Positions 1 through 9,012 of a stretch of 64,000 nucleotides of DNA are shown here, piece after piece (positions within the stretch are counted from its first letter, which is position 1; each line of letters starts with the position of its first letter). This DNA comes from a virus: positions 96,001-160,000 of IMG/VR virus record IMGVR_UViG_3300027850_000002. One strand, 5' to 3'. The position numbers were made by a program, and so were the translations under genes. Under the pieces are notes generated by a model. That model made no database searches. It was not told the origin of the DNA and was given only the letters and a program-made list of their open reading frames with translations.

Positions 1-330
1 GCGATCGGCGAAACGCTTGCCGAAGGCGTCCTACATCACACTGCGGGCACGTCCATGACACAGCCGATGGTCGATCAACTCGTTCGCCACGGAATCACAA
101 CCGTCGCGACCGCGAATCCCGGTCCGCGCGCACTGCCTTTCATGCGGCCCGCGTCACGTACGCCGCTGCTCAACCCTGATTGGATGGCACGTCTCGCACA
201 CCGTTACTTGAAAGAGTCACTGTTGACGGGCATCCACCGTGGTGATGTTTCGAACTTGCATGGAGCGTCACCCGTACCTGCGTACGTTGCAGGCACTGAG
301 TTTGGCTTAGGCGAAGAGGGCCATTACTGA
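1..330 (+). CDS. C-terminal fragment of a phage multisubunit RNA polymerase beta'-like subunit (5'-truncated by window)
   Basis: Frame is open from base 1 (AIGETLAEGVLHHTAGTSMTQPMVDQL...). The C-terminus DWMARLAHRYLKESLLTGIHRGDVSNLHGASPVPAYVAGTEFG parallels the bacterial beta' C-terminal block (SFxxAASFQETxxVLxEAAxxGxxDxLxG...IPAGTG). Confidence 0.6.
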   Translation, partial: AIGETLAEGVLHHTAGTSMTQPMVDQLVRHGITTVATANPGPRALPFMRPASRTPLLNPDWMARLAHRYLKESLLTGIHRGDVSNLHGASPVPAYVAGTEFGLGEEGHY

Positions 331-776
331 TGCTTGAGCGTGCACATACGAAGGGCATCGACGATGCCCTCACGTGTTTCCAGATCAAAGAGTCACGCTT
401 TATTGATTCGGTCAAACGTATGGCGATCGGTCAACCTGGACGTGTCTTCGTCGAAGGGCCCAAGGCGTTCGCTCCCGGCGGTCTACTCGGACACAAGAAC
501 GTCTGGTGGCCCGATGTCAAAGGCGCGCCTCTGAACTGGCTCGGTCGTGCGGGTACAGTCGCCGCACCCCTCATGGCATTGTCTGCTATGCGCTCAAATC
601 CACACGAAGGCACTTTGTCAAACGCGCTTGGTGCGCTTGGTGGTATCGCAGGAAGCGCGTACGGTTTCCCTGCGCTCGGTATGATCGGTGGTCCTATGCT
701 CGGAGCTGCGGGTGCGCATCTCGGGCGTGGTGTTGGCCACTTGCTCAGCAGTGAACCAAAGAATCCAAACCAATGA
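330..776 (+). CDS. putative virion cargo protein with N-terminal tag and Gly-zipper membrane segments
   Basis: Starts MLERAHTKGIDDALTCFQIKES. C-terminal GALGGIAGSAYGFPALGMIGGPMLGAAGAHLG. TGA/ATG coupled to the upstream gene. Confidence 0.7.
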   Translation: MLERAHTKGIDDALTCFQIKESRFIDSVKRMAIGQPGRVFVEGPKAFAPGGLLGHKNVWWPDVKGAPLNWLGRAGTVAAPLMALSAMRSNPHEGTLSNALGALGGIAGSAYGFPALGMIGGPMLGAAGAHLGRGVGHLLSSEPKNPNQ

Positions 777-985
777 TCAACAACGCGTACAACAAAGGCC
801 GAGCTGACGCACTCACACGCTTCAAGCTCAGCAATATACAAACGGGTGCAGCTGGCGCAAATCCGATGCTCGGCGGTCAAGCCGCGACAGGTTCGCGACC
901 ACAGCCAGGCACTTCTTTGGCGCCGCCAACTTCTTCTGCTCCTCCAATGGCGGCAGCCGCTCCGAAGGCTCACGCCCTCGGTTAG
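773..985 (+). CDS. small tagged virion protein
   Basis: MINNAYNKGRADALTRFKL tag, then a Pro/Ala-rich tail. ATGA overlap. Confidence 0.7.
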   Translation: MINNAYNKGRADALTRFKLSNIQTGAAGANPMLGGQAATGSRPQPGTSLAPPTSSAPPMAAAAPKAHALG

Positions 986-1014
986 TGCAACTGTTGGATA
1001 TTTGAGAGTCCCGC

Positions 1015-1023
1015 CCTATCATT
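1015..1023 (+). promoter_or_regulatory. putative late promoter motif CCTATCATT
   Basis: Intergenic, about 35 nt upstream of ATG 1058. Recurs at 8 other intergenic sites. Confidence 0.7.
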
Positions 1024-1057
1024 TCGTCAATCTCTGTACGACTTCCCCGAGGCAAAA

Positions 1058-2362
1058 ATGTTCAAGCATGCGTACGTCCGAGGCATCCAGACCGCGTTGG
1101 TCAACAACGGCGCAGCCGTGTTCCCCGACGAGACCACCGCGGCCAAGGTCGCGGACTACATCGCAGAGCGTGTCGAGATCGACCCGCTGACGGCGGTGCC
1201 ACGTGAGCTGACCCACAAGGTCGCCACTGACATCGTCGCTGCTTCGGATTGGATCAAGAAGCAGCCGAACTTCAAGGCGGCATCGTTCAACAAGCTCGCG
1301 ACGTGGGAAGACGTTGCGCAGGTCGCGGACCGCAACGCGACCCAGTTGATGACGAAGGCCGCCGAGGGTTCCACCATCGAAGGTGGCGACAAGGGAAACA
1401 CCGAGGGCCAGTCGCCTGTTGGTGAGACCAAGATGGACGCGACCCAGCGTCCTCCGGGCTACGCCGAGAACAGCCTCGGCAAGACCGACGTCGACACCCG
1501 TCCGGGCGCAGTTGGCAAGGAAGAGCCGCAGCCGGTTCAGCCCAAGGAGACTGACCACAAGGACAACTCGGTCGTGGAGCACTCGCGCACCGCGTCGCTC
1601 GCGGACATGTTCCGCAAGTCGGCTGAGGGTTCGACGATCCTCGGCGGAGACAAGGGCAACAAGGAGCCGACGACTGGCGAAGGCAAGATGGACGCGACGC
1701 AGCGTCCTCCGGGCTATGCCGTCCTTCCCCACCAGGGCGCCCTCGGTGCCATGATGGAGCAGGTCACGGGCCCCGCAGTGATCGGTCGCGAGACCCCGCA
1801 GCCGCACATGCCGAAGGAGTCGCCGAGCGGTTCGAACTCGCTCACCGAGCACTCGGCCAAGGCCGCTGCTGAAGACCCGTACATCACGCTCTTCAAGAAG
1901 GTCGCGTCCGAGATCCACGAGTACCTTCCGGGCGGTCTTCACGAGGACAGCAAGATCGCCGCGGTTCGCGCCTGCATGGGCATGACGACCGAAGAGAAGG
2001 CGTACTACCTCCGTGGCTTGCAGAAGGAAGCGGCCGACGCGTCGGTTGGTTCGGAAACGCGCACGGGTATGGGTCGCTCGCGTCCCGGTGCCTACGACGG
2101 TCGCTCTGCCAACCAGAGCACCAAGCAGACCGATGACCTTCCGCCGTTCATGAAGAAGGACGACGACGAGAAGAAGGACGAGAAGAAGGACGACGACAAG
2201 GGTGAGAGCAAGGGCGGAATGCCGGCATTCATCCAAGACAAGATCGACGCCCGCAACGCCGACAAGAAGGACGGCAACAAGGACGAGAAGAAGGATGACG
2301 ACAAGAAGGAAGCTTCGTTGCGCGACTTCTTCCGTCGCATCGACGCGGCCCAGCGCGCGTGA
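1058..2362 (+). CDS. putative internal head/core polyprotein with tag, many K-x-A sites and an internal duplication
   Basis: MFKHAYVRGIQTAL tag. About 10 K-x-A motifs, two ~80-aa repeats and an acidic/Lys-rich tail. Strong GC3 codon bias. Confidence 0.8.
   Translation: MFKHAYVRGIQTALVNNGAAVFPDETTAAKVADYIAERVEIDPLTAVPRELTHKVATDIVAASDWIKKQPNFKAASFNKLATWEDVAQVADRNATQLMTKAAEGSTIEGGDKGNTEGQSPVGETKMDATQRPPGYAENSLGKTDVDTRPGAVGKEEPQPVQPKETDHKDNSVVEHSRTASLADMFRKSAEGSTILGGDKGNKEPTTGEGKMDATQRPPGYAVLPHQGALGAMMEQVTGPAVIGRETPQPHMPKESPSGSNSLTEHSAKAAAEDPYITLFKKVASEIHEYLPGGLHEDSKIAAVRACMGMTTEEKAYYLRGLQKEAADASVGSETRTGMGRSRPGAYDGRSANQSTKQTDDLPPFMKKDDDEKKDEKKDDDKGESKGGMPAFIQDKIDARNADKKDGNKDEKKDDDKKEASLRDFFRRIDAAQRA
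1355..1855 (+). repeat. two ~80-aa direct repeats inside the 434-aa protein
   Basis: KAAEGSTIEGGDKGN..GETKMDATQRPPGYA..PQP..PKET..NSVVEHS (~1355-1585) versus KSAEGSTILGGDKGN..GEGKMDATQRPPGYA..PQP..PKES..NSLTEHS (~1616-1855). Confidence 0.9.
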
Positions 2363-2526
2363 GCCTTCTGCGTCACATCCGAGAAGCAGGTCGTCTCGCC
2401 GTCGAGAGCAAGCTCGCCGAGATCCTGAACCCTAGCCTCGGCACGCTCAAAGCGAAGAAGACGAAGGAGCTAGGCGGCCTCCCTGACGCAAATCTTCCCA
2501 AGGTCGTCTCTTTTCCCGCAGCGTAG
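2359..2526 (+). CDS. 55-aa protein not in the ORF track (MSLLRHIREAGRLAVESKLAE...)
   Basis: GTGA overlap with the upstream stop, fills the gap. N-terminus resembles that of 15372 (MSLLR..G..A) and contains KLA. Confidence 0.6.
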   Translation: MSLLRHIREAGRLAVESKLAEILNPSLGTLKAKKTKELGGLPDANLPKVVSFPAA

Positions 2527-2538
2527 ACGAGGTCCCAT

Positions 2539-5526
2539 ATGCCGGCGATGAGCCCACGCACACAGCAATTTCAAGCGGGCATGAATACCGGTCCGGACCA
2601 AGAGTCCGCTCTGTTCGAGCAGGGCATGTCCGAGATGGCATACAACCTGTTGTCATCGCGCATGCCCGACTTGATGCAGGACGTGGTCACCTTCAAGGTG
2701 CTCAACGTCGACATCGACAAGGGATCTGGTGTTGGTGCGTTCGTGGTCTTGCGCCAAGACTCGCCGATCTACGTCCCGGTCGTGATGGTCGACAATGCCA
2801 TCAAGCCGCTGGAAATTTTCTACCACAAGGCGCTGAGCGTCTTTCTGCCCCTCTCCAAGGGGTGGCTGGATGAGATCGAAAAGACGGCGCTCGCGTCACT
2901 CGGCTCTGGTGTCAAAACGCCCGAGACGCTCTACACGGACGTCGACATCCGCAACGTGGTCGTTCCCCCGATCACGGGTCGGTTCTCGTACGCCGCGTGG
3001 GTTCCCGCGGCTCTCGTTGACGTCGCACGTGTGATGTCCTCTGAGACCCTCGAGAAGGTCGCAAGCGAAGGAAGCCTCATGCTTCCGTCGCTCCTCACAG
3101 CTGCGCCGAACCGTCTGAAAACGGCGTACACCAAGCTGCTCGAACGCAACCCTCAGCTGTTCAAGCAGGCAGCTGCAACGTACGGCGTGTCCGTACTTGC
3201 TGCAGCGTTGCAGCACCGGCTCGAGAAGGTCGCTGCCAAGCAGCAGCACGGTGGCGCGCTTTGGATCGCGGACTCCGACAACACACCGACTGATTTCAGA
3301 CGCATCTTCGGCGACAAGGCCGGAGAAGCGTACGCAGGCGTGCGCGTGAAGGGCTACGCGTCGAAGGACGAGCGGCTGAACCGCAACCTGGCAGTGCAAG
3401 AGCAACCCTACGCGCAGTGGGTCGAGCCCAAGCAGCCGGGCGTCTACACGCTCTTCGCTTCTGATGCGAAGGAGCGCACTGCGTTTGTGATGCCTTTCCC
3501 GATTGACCTGTTCGACAAGGGCACGCGCTACGGCCGACGTCCGGCAGTGCCGGGACACAACCCGCTCATCAACAACTCGTACACAGACCCTGGTACCGAG
3601 AACCAGATCAAGACGTACCCCCACAGTCGGCCAAACGAGGGGGACTTTGCAACCCGTCGGCGTTTTGGCGCTGAACCGTTCCTCGCGGTGTTCGACAACG
3701 GAGACTACATCGAGCCGTCGATGCTCGTGGGACGTCCTTCCGTTGCAGATGATCTCAGCGGGTCACTGCACAAGCGGATGTTCACAGATGTGAGCGGAGC
3801 GCCGAAGGTCGGCAAGGGCTTCTTCGTTCGTCAGATGGGTACGACGTACCAAGCCACGGTGCCCATCGAGATCAAGTCGATGTCGACGGGCTCGGACGGT
3901 GTTCGTCGCATCAAGGCGACCAGCATGGGTGGCTACGAAGAGAAGACGATCGCAACAGACCCCGAGCATCCGTACAACACGATCTGGATGCCCAAGGGCG
4001 CGGACATCGCGTACCTCCCTGCGGACTTCATCTGGGTGCCGCTCAAGGAGCGCCTCAACGAGAAGTCCTGGTTCAGGTCTGCACTTGACCTACAGGCACA
4101 CGTTTCGTCGATGTTGGCTTCAGCAGGCGCGAAGAAGGTCGCGATCAAAGACGCGGGTGCCAAGCAGTTCTCCATCAACGGGATGGCACCACTCAGCTAC
4201 GTCCCTGCGCTCAAGAAACTTGCGCACGGTTGCAACATCTCGGTCGATGACGCTGAAGCACTGCTCGAAAAGACTGCGGCCGATCGATCAACGACCGCAT
4301 GGATCGCCACGAAGATGCAGCTCGCACAGGTGCAGATGCACCTCGACAAGCTTGCCGAGGACGGAGACAAGAAGAAGTCCGACGACAAGCCGAAGAAGAA
4401 GGCGCCTCCGAGCGATTCCGGAGCGCCTCCGGATGGCGGTGATCCAGGCATGGACCCGGGCATGGATCCAAACCTCGGCCAGGACGCGGCGATGGCTGCA
4501 ATGGGCCCTCCGCCGGCACCGCCGCAGCCAGCGCCGCTCGACCTCGCCGCAATGGAAATGGACCAGCACATCCAGCAGGAGATGCAGAAGCTGGTCGACA
4601 AACAGCAGACCATCCAGATGCTGCTGCAGCGTTCGAGTGAGATTGCAGGCGGCGCACCGCCCGCACCTACCGTTCAGACTCAAGCGATGGGCGCACCTCC
4701 GTCGTCGATGAACCTCGCGACGGGCGCTCCAGGCATGCAGCCCGGCATGACCGCCAGCATGGGTCAGCCGCAGCAGCCCGGCATGGATCCGTCGATGCAG
4801 GGTGGAGCGTTTCCACCTGCAGCGAACGACCCGTCGATGATGGGTGGACAGCCGCCCGGCGGTGGTCAGCCCGGCATGGACCCATCGATGGGCATGGACC
4901 CGACGATGGGTGGTCAGCCCGGCATGGACCCATCGATGGGCATGGACCCATCGATGGGCATGGACCCGACGATGGGTGGTCAGCCCGGCATGGATCCGTC
5001 GATGGGCATGGACCCGACGATGGGTGGTCAGCCCGGCATGGATCCGTCGATGGGTGCAGGCGGACCGCCTGCTATGGGTCAGGATCCGTCAATGATGGGC
5101 GGCATGGGCGGACAGCCCAGCATGGAACAGCCGCCACAACAGCCCAGCGCAATGATGCCGCCGGATGGTCCGAACGCGCAGACGCTTCCTCAGGAAGTCA
5201 ATCCGCACTTCCTCGACCAGGCGGCGCAGTTGCATTCGGCCGACATGTTCGACGCCGCAGCCGTTGCGACGCTCGCCCAGTCGCCGGCGCTTCACGGGAT
5301 CGTCGGGCAGTACCTGCCGAACCTCGAGAAGGCTGTCGACAACCTTGCACGTGTTCTCTTGACCTTGTGGATGCAGGAGTCGGACCTCAAGCCGCAGATC
5401 GGCGAACAGACCTTCTCGGGCCTCGAGGACAACCTGCAGACGACGTTCAAGGGTCTCGGAGACCTCGTGCTCCGTTTGAGCCGTGGTGTTCAGGCGGTCA
5501 AGGAGCCGGACAACCATGCGTCATGA
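2539..5526 (+). CDS. large putative internal head protein with K-x-A sites and Met/Gly/Pro repeat region
   Basis: 995 aa. Globular N-terminal part, EKVA/EKTA/DKLA motifs, GMDPSMGMDPTMGGQP repeats, helical C-terminus. Confidence 0.8.
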   Translation: MPAMSPRTQQFQAGMNTGPDQESALFEQGMSEMAYNLLSSRMPDLMQDVVTFKVLNVDIDKGSGVGAFVVLRQDSPIYVPVVMVDNAIKPLEIFYHKALSVFLPLSKGWLDEIEKTALASLGSGVKTPETLYTDVDIRNVVVPPITGRFSYAAWVPAALVDVARVMSSETLEKVASEGSLMLPSLLTAAPNRLKTAYTKLLERNPQLFKQAAATYGVSVLAAALQHRLEKVAAKQQHGGALWIADSDNTPTDFRRIFGDKAGEAYAGVRVKGYASKDERLNRNLAVQEQPYAQWVEPKQPGVYTLFASDAKERTAFVMPFPIDLFDKGTRYGRRPAVPGHNPLINNSYTDPGTENQIKTYPHSRPNEGDFATRRRFGAEPFLAVFDNGDYIEPSMLVGRPSVADDLSGSLHKRMFTDVSGAPKVGKGFFVRQMGTTYQATVPIEIKSMSTGSDGVRRIKATSMGGYEEKTIATDPEHPYNTIWMPKGADIAYLPADFIWVPLKERLNEKSWFRSALDLQAHVSSMLASAGAKKVAIKDAGAKQFSINGMAPLSYVPALKKLAHGCNISVDDAEALLEKTAADRSTTAWIATKMQLAQVQMHLDKLAEDGDKKKSDDKPKKKAPPSDSGAPPDGGDPGMDPGMDPNLGQDAAMAAMGPPPAPPQPAPLDLAAMEMDQHIQQEMQKLVDKQQTIQMLLQRSSEIAGGAPPAPTVQTQAMGAPPSSMNLATGAPGMQPGMTASMGQPQQPGMDPSMQGGAFPPAANDPSMMGGQPPGGGQPGMDPSMGMDPTMGGQPGMDPSMGMDPSMGMDPTMGGQPGMDPSMGMDPTMGGQPGMDPSMGAGGPPAMGQDPSMMGGMGGQPSMEQPPQQPSAMMPPDGPNAQTLPQEVNPHFLDQAAQLHSADMFDAAAVATLAQSPALHGIVGQYLPNLEKAVDNLARVLLTLWMQESDLKPQIGEQTFSGLEDNLQTTFKGLGDLVLRLSRGVQAVKEPDNHAS
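4771..5100 (+). repeat. coding tandem repeat (QPGMDPSMGMDPTMGG)n
   Basis: Repeated cagcccggcatgga(c/t)cc(a/g)tcgatgggcatggacccgacgatgggtggt units, in frame. Confidence 0.9.
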
Positions 5527-6187
5527 ACGCAGTCCCGACGACCGATTTCACGCCACTCTCCGGTCTCCGCATGCACCGGCGCATCCGTACGAAAACGCAC
5601 TCTGGCAGCACAAGACCGCGGGTGTGGCTGATGCCGTCGTTGAGCGTGTAGTCGACGCATACGAAGACCACTTCGAGCGCGAACTGCTTCAGGCATGGAT
5701 CATTGCGGGTGCAACCGACGAAGACATCAACAGGCGCATCGGCATGTCGCTTGATATGTTGATTCAGTACCGCCATCTCTGCTGCAACGTTTTCGCGTTT
5801 CGCGACAAACTAGAGATGATGCGATGGGTCAATAACTACAAGGGTTCTCGCTCGGGCAAGATTCTGCTCGAGAAGGCGCTCCACTTCGACGGCATCGAAG
5901 CAATCGCACACTTGAGCGGTCTTCCGACCAATCTCAGCGCAGACCATGTCAACGAGCAAGTACTGCGTGAATCATACTTCCGAGGCATCAGCACACTACG
6001 CGCCTCGAGCATCTCGGGACCTGACGCATTGGCCGCACATCAACTGATGAAGACTGCGACTGCTACGGCTGCGGCTGTGGCAAATCGAGGTGGACCGAAC
6101 ATGTCGGAGACGTTGCTCAAACTCAAGCACCGCGAGGTGACGTGGCATGTCGAGGACATCGCGCCTCACGGGGAGATTCTTCACTGA
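5516..6187 (+). CDS. hypothetical phage protein, possible HTH
   Basis: ATG 5516 overlaps the upstream end. GATDEDINRRIGMSLDMLIQY is HTH-like. Confidence 0.65.
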   Translation: MRHERSPDDRFHATLRSPHAPAHPYENALWQHKTAGVADAVVERVVDAYEDHFERELLQAWIIAGATDEDINRRIGMSLDMLIQYRHLCCNVFAFRDKLEMMRWVNNYKGSRSGKILLEKALHFDGIEAIAHLSGLPTNLSADHVNEQVLRESYFRGISTLRASSISGPDALAAHQLMKTATATAAAVANRGGPNMSETLLKLKHREVTWHVEDIAPHGEILH

Positions 6188-7203
6188 TGCGTGCATTCCG
6201 AGAACAAGACTTCGATCAGATGGCTGAGCGTGTCGTCGATCGTTTCATGAATGGCGCAAAGCTTGCGGATGCAGCGACTGCTGAAGCCGCGGGCGGTGCG
6301 TTGAACCCCGACCAGATCGCGCGCATGGTCCAGGCGGCGAACACACAGGCGTTCTTGCGTCTCATGGACCAACAGAAGGCCCAGGGCGTTCCGGACATGA
6401 CGAACGAGTTCGACCCCATCGACGCTCGCCAGATCGTCCAGCAGCTGATCAACCAGGTCCACGTTCCACACATGGACGGTCCCGGCGGCGAAATGCCTTC
6501 GATGCCAGGCGCAGGCGGAATGCCTCCACACGGTCCCGAAGACGACGCGATGTTGCCGCCGCACGCAGAACCTGACGGTGACGAAGGCGGGATGCCTCCG
6601 ATGCCACCCGGCGGCGACGACGGTCCGTTGCCGAACGAGATGGGTCTGCACGACCTCAGCGGCGATGAACCGGACGAGCCTGCGCACGGCGCCGGTGATG
6701 ACGACGACGGTCCGTTCCCCAAGGGCAAGAAGCAGAAGGCCAAGGACGACGGCGACAAGAAAGACAAGAAGAAGTCGCCGTTCCCGCCCAAGAAGGACGA
6801 AGCGAAGGAAGCGGCGTTCCGCGGTCGTCGCATCGACAAACTCGCGAGCGTACTCGAGGACCAGTACAAGCAGGCAGAGTGGGCGTTCGAAGACGTGTTC
6901 GCCAATCTCGGTCAGCAACTACGCCGTGCACACGGTGCACCTTCGGCAGCGGCATTCGAAAAGGACGCTCTCGCACTTCACAATCATGAGATCGGCCTCG
7001 TCGTGCTGAACATGGTCAAGGAGAGCCAAGGGCTGCCCCCAATCTCTGCGGATGACGCGGCCACGAAGACCGCGGCACTCGCAGACCGACATCTCGTCGA
7101 CGACACCGAGACCAATCGGACGTTCGCAACCCTGGTCAAGATCGCGGTCGACGCGAATCGTCTATGCCTCGGCGCCGCCCATGCGAGGTCCCAGTGCAGC
7201 TGA
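6187..7203 (+). CDS. putative head-core protein with K-x-A sites
   Basis: TGATG coupling. LNPDQIARMVQAANTQAFL...FDPID N-terminal domain, Pro/Asp-rich linker, KEAA/DKLA/TKTA/VKIA motifs. Confidence 0.75.
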   Translation: MRAFREQDFDQMAERVVDRFMNGAKLADAATAEAAGGALNPDQIARMVQAANTQAFLRLMDQQKAQGVPDMTNEFDPIDARQIVQQLINQVHVPHMDGPGGEMPSMPGAGGMPPHGPEDDAMLPPHAEPDGDEGGMPPMPPGGDDGPLPNEMGLHDLSGDEPDEPAHGAGDDDDGPFPKGKKQKAKDDGDKKDKKKSPFPPKKDEAKEAAFRGRRIDKLASVLEDQYKQAEWAFEDVFANLGQQLRRAHGAPSAAAFEKDALALHNHEIGLVVLNMVKESQGLPPISADDAATKTAALADRHLVDDTETNRTFATLVKIAVDANRLCLGAAHARSQCS

Positions 7204-7988
7204 CCGATGTGCTTCTACTGGCCGTGCGTGAAGGCGTACGTCGTCATGTCGAGAAACGTGCGGGTATCATGTTGCCACTCGCGGTCGGAGCGATGCTTCC
7301 CGGCATCGTGAACAAGGTGGTCAACCGCGCACACTCGACCGAGAAGCAGATCGAAAAGACGCACTACGACCCGATGAAGGTGGCAGCCATGTCGTCGTTG
7401 GCCGGGCTTTTTGGAGGCCTGGGTCGAGGTGCGTCGTCCGCAGGACACGGGATGTTTGGACAAGAAAACAAAAGCAACAAACCCAGCGGCTTTCGTGGTG
7501 GCCTCAGTGACCTGGGCGCGTCTCCAGTCGCGGGTGTTGCGAAGGGCATCTCTGGCGGCATCGGTCGTCGCATTGACCAAATGTTCGGCGGCCACGAGTT
7601 CGGTGAAAAAAAGGACCCGTACCACATGGGTGCGGGCGCCGCTGTACAGTCGTTCGGCAAAGAGATGGGTACGTCAGGGGCAAACCTGCTACGCGATATC
7701 GCGAACAAGGCGATGGAGGCAGCGGGTCACACAGGCGACGCTTCGGCACGCGAAGCCATCATCGGCGACCTCAAGCGTTCCGATTCCGTCCTCGCGAACG
7801 CGGACGACAAGACGCTCATGGAGGCCTACCACACGATGGCGCGCTTCGCGCCCGTGCTCTCGACGGACAAGAACGCCGTACGATCGTTCCTCCGCCAGGC
7901 CGTGATGGCTGGCTCAGGTCCTGACTTCATGTCCATCAAGCTGCTCGCAGACTCCGAACGCGCCGTCACGGGCGACAAGGATCGATAA
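7194..7988 (+). CDS. putative virion protein with hydrophobic/Gly-rich segments after K-x-A sites
   Basis: EKRA|GIMLPLAVGAML and MKVA|AMSSLAGLFGG. C-terminal helical domain. Confidence 0.7.
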   Translation: MQLTDVLLLAVREGVRRHVEKRAGIMLPLAVGAMLPGIVNKVVNRAHSTEKQIEKTHYDPMKVAAMSSLAGLFGGLGRGASSAGHGMFGQENKSNKPSGFRGGLSDLGASPVAGVAKGISGGIGRRIDQMFGGHEFGEKKDPYHMGAGAAVQSFGKEMGTSGANLLRDIANKAMEAAGHTGDASAREAIIGDLKRSDSVLANADDKTLMEAYHTMARFAPVLSTDKNAVRSFLRQAVMAGSGPDFMSIKLLADSERAVTGDKDR

Positions 7989-8446
7989 TGACCCTCGACG
8001 ACCTCATCCCGCCGAACGTCACTGCTGCTGTTCGCGATCTTGGACTTCACAAGATCGCAGGCGCGATGCTCGGCGTCCCTGAGCTGACCATCAAAGAGGC
8101 TGTGGCCACGGTTGGCGCGAAGGCCTACCTCCGTCGCAAGGAAGCGCGCAGCATCGTCGATGGCATCGTAGCCTTCGCCGCACTGACGAACGAGAAGGTC
8201 GCGGACAACGCTGCGCTCATGGCGATGCTTCGCCGTGCTGCAATGCCGGCGCTCGCGGGCGCGGGTATCGCGGCGATTCCCCAGCTCATGTCGAACGACC
8301 CGAACCAATATGGTCACGAAAGTCTCTTGCCCGCGATGGGTATGGGCGCCCTACTCGGCGGCGGCATGGGTGCGATGAACTCCATGCGGCAGCTCCCACC
8401 TGATGTCAGCCAAGGCGCGGCACACGCTTTCCGCCAGATGCCATGA
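7988..8446 (+). CDS. Gly-zipper membrane-type virion protein
   Basis: HKIA and EKVA, then AAMPALAGAGIAAI and AMGMGALLGGGMGA. Confidence 0.7.
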   Translation: MTLDDLIPPNVTAAVRDLGLHKIAGAMLGVPELTIKEAVATVGAKAYLRRKEARSIVDGIVAFAALTNEKVADNAALMAMLRRAAMPALAGAGIAAIPQLMSNDPNQYGHESLLPAMGMGALLGGGMGAMNSMRQLPPDVSQGAAHAFRQMP

Positions 8447-9012
8447 CGTCCTTTGCTCGCGCTCTCGAAACGTCGGTCCTTCTCGCGGAGAAGATCGCGT
8501 CGTCGCGCTCGGAAAACCCGACGTTACGAGAGAAGCTCGCGCTCGCTGACTTCGCTGCGTTCGGCCTCTTCAAGCGGGCAGCGCTCGACCCAGCGGCCTT
8601 GTCTTCGCTGCAGCGTGGACTCGGTTGGGGTGTTGGGCTCGGAATCCCCGCGCTCGCTGCGGGACACATGTTCTTGAACGATGCGCGCGACCACAGCGGC
8701 GAAGTCCTGCGTGATGCACGCAACCAAGCGCTCATCACGGCAGCGGGCGTTGGCGGCATGCAAGCGCTCGGGGAGGCTTTCAAACGGAAGCCACAACCGT
8801 CGCAACACAACGTCAACGTTTCAATGCCGCAACAGCCAGAGCAGCCACAGCTCGACGATCAGCAAAGGCTCGCCGCCGCCATCATGGTCGATGATGTGCT
8901 CGAGGCAGCGTGCAGTCAGCTTAGCGATCCTGTCGCAAAGCACGCAGCGCTCGTGGAACTCATCAAACACCGCAGTGAAGCGACGAACCTTCTACGGAGT
9001 CTTTTGTCGTGA
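8443..9012 (+). CDS. Gly-zipper membrane-type virion protein
   Basis: EKIA/EKLA/FKRA, then GLGWGVGLGIPALAAG and ITAAGVGGM. Confidence 0.7.
   Translation: MTSFARALETSVLLAEKIASSRSENPTLREKLALADFAAFGLFKRAALDPAALSSLQRGLGWGVGLGIPALAAGHMFLNDARDHSGEVLRDARNQALITAAGVGGMQALGEAFKRKPQPSQHNVNVSMPQQPEQPQLDDQQRLAAAIMVDDVLEAACSQLSDPVAKHAALVELIKHRSEATNLLRSLLS

Noticed and set aside
1019-2236. Long alternative ORFs (also 12299-13552 -, 33966-34907 +, 51548-52570 -)
   Set aside because: Antisense or off-frame shadows of strongly GC3-biased real genes; no motifs or RBS.
4771-5100. Possible CRISPR array or non-coding repeat
   Set aside because: No unique spacers; units are in-frame codon repeats within a CDS.
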